This document shows positions 63,098 through 64,000 of a stretch of 64,000 nt of DNA, one piece after another. The DNA lies in the IMG/VR virus record IMGVR_UViG_3300025162_000016, positions 304,759-368,758 of that record; one strand, given 5' to 3'. The position numbers were made by a program, and so were the translations under genes. A model generated the notes under the pieces. That model was not told the origin of the DNA, made no database searches, and saw nothing but the letters and a program-made list of their open reading frames with translations. Position 1 is the first letter of the stretch. Every line of letters begins with the position of its first letter.

Positions 63098-63308
63098 TTT
63101 GAAGGAAGCAGAAAACCCATCTGCTTCCAGCGGATGGGATGAATGCGACCCATTGAAAAATAGTTTGATGTTTCTCATTTCTCAAAAATATATATTCTTG
63201 TAGAAAGCAATCTTCGGATTAGCATTCTCAAGGGCTGGAAGAGTCCTATAGAAACTCTAATGTTAGAGACAAGTGGAAACCCACTTGCTTTAGCGGGTGG
63301 GTACTTCA
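63098..63308 (+). mobile_element. Non-coding IS200/IS605 miniature element (PATE-like)
   Basis: Left hairpin CCCATCTGC-TTCCA-GCGGATGGG; right hairpin CCCACTTGC-TTTA-GCGGGTGGG-TACTTCA; no transposase or tnpB between. Confidence 0.7.
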
Positions 63309-63313
63309 TAAAT

Positions 63314-63688
63314 ATGATTAAACTAAAAGATATTTTGTTTGAGCTTATTGATAAGAATGCGATATTATATTTAGGATGGGTTAAACGCAATAACCATGAT
63401 GTTATGGGAATGGACATTCAGTCTGGGGAGGATGAGACGCATCATAATTATATGCTCGGATTGCCTCCGGAATGGAGAAATGAATTTGATAGTAATTTAT
63501 TGAGATGGAGATATCGAAAAGATATTAATATTGTCTATTGGTGGGAGTTTGGTAATCCAACCGATGACGAGAAAGAGGCGGTAGAACACTGGATTGAAAA
63601 AAAATTAAATCAAAAAAATCCTTCTCATAAAATTATTCCTACCGATAAAAATAATATGACTTTTTGGAAATCTCATGGAGAAGATTAA
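63314..63688 (+). CDS. Hypothetical protein
   Basis: Likely start MIKLKDILFE just after the IS end. Confidence 0.65.
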   Translation: MIKLKDILFELIDKNAILYLGWVKRNNHDVMGMDIQSGEDETHHNYMLGLPPEWRNEFDSNLLRWRYRKDINIVYWWEFGNPTDDEKEAVEHWIEKKLNQKNPSHKIIPTDKNNMTFWKSHGED

Positions 63689-63739
63689 CAATGTCAAATT
63701 TTGATGTTGACATTTATAGAAATTCTGCTATAGTAATTC

Positions 63740-64000
63740 CAGTTCTAATAAAATAAACAGTTGTGGGTTGACGAGTAGGTGGTGTCCACTGCGTCAACAT
63801 TAAAACTGCAACCGAAGTGAAATTCTGTCAAAAAATCGCTTGTTTTAATATATTTTTCCGGTGAAGAATATTAATAAACATAGGTTAATTGACTAACAAA
63901 AAGATGAGAATAGAAATATTCCAGCACGGAGTTTATAGTCCCGAGTGTTTTAAAAACCTAAATTTAGCGAGAATAAATTTCAATAGAACAGGTAACTATC
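63740..64000 (+). ncRNA. Putative scaffold RNA copy D (full length; 3' flank outside window)
   Basis: TTGACA/TATAGT promoter at 63707-63734; multiple hairpins. Confidence 0.6.

Noticed and set aside
63260-63313. Track start of ORF 63260-63688
   Set aside because: Lies within the IS hairpin; the ATG at 63314 is more plausible
1-64000. Stop-codon recoding (as in some huge phages)
   Set aside because: Recognisable genes are full length in code 11 and end in TAA, TAG and TGA; Q-array junctions change frame, so readthrough would not fuse them

Overview
The window looks like part of a large (jumbo/huge) AT-rich tailed-phage genome. This rests on a tmRNA, two tRNAs, ClpP/AAA, YopX-like, DUF932, Gp88-like and pstS genes, many short ORFs with no obvious Shine-Dalgarno, and no bacterial housekeeping operons. 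Bases 1-16.3 kb form an early-type region of small genes. Each has its own sigma70-like promoter, and the region carries a recurrent 24-bp palindrome (ATTAACTCTAA-NN-TTAGAGTTGAT), duplicated promoter cassettes and about 10 solitary CRISPR-repeat variants. Bases 17-25 kb hold two IS200/IS605 elements with tnpB, a tmRNA and a repeat protein. Bases 26.6-29.2 kb hold two leader-containing CRISPR arrays (36-bp repeat GGTGAAGTGCTGGAACAGACCAGTTACTATATCACC) flanking an ADP-ribosyltransferase-fold gene; no cas genes are recognisable in the window. A ~260-nt structured element, promoter-driven in three of its four copies, is fused directly to a single CRISPR repeat in two copies and resembles a natural single-guide RNA. 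Bases 31.8-45.2 kb carry a split DUF6745-type gene and ~47 mostly overlapping short ORFs made of QVxS tetrapeptide repeats. The right end has a third, orphan TnpB/Cas12f-like nuclease, an intein-interrupted papain protease, a phosphate-uptake module and a protein-free IS605 remnant. Family names come from motif recognition by eye, not from database searches.
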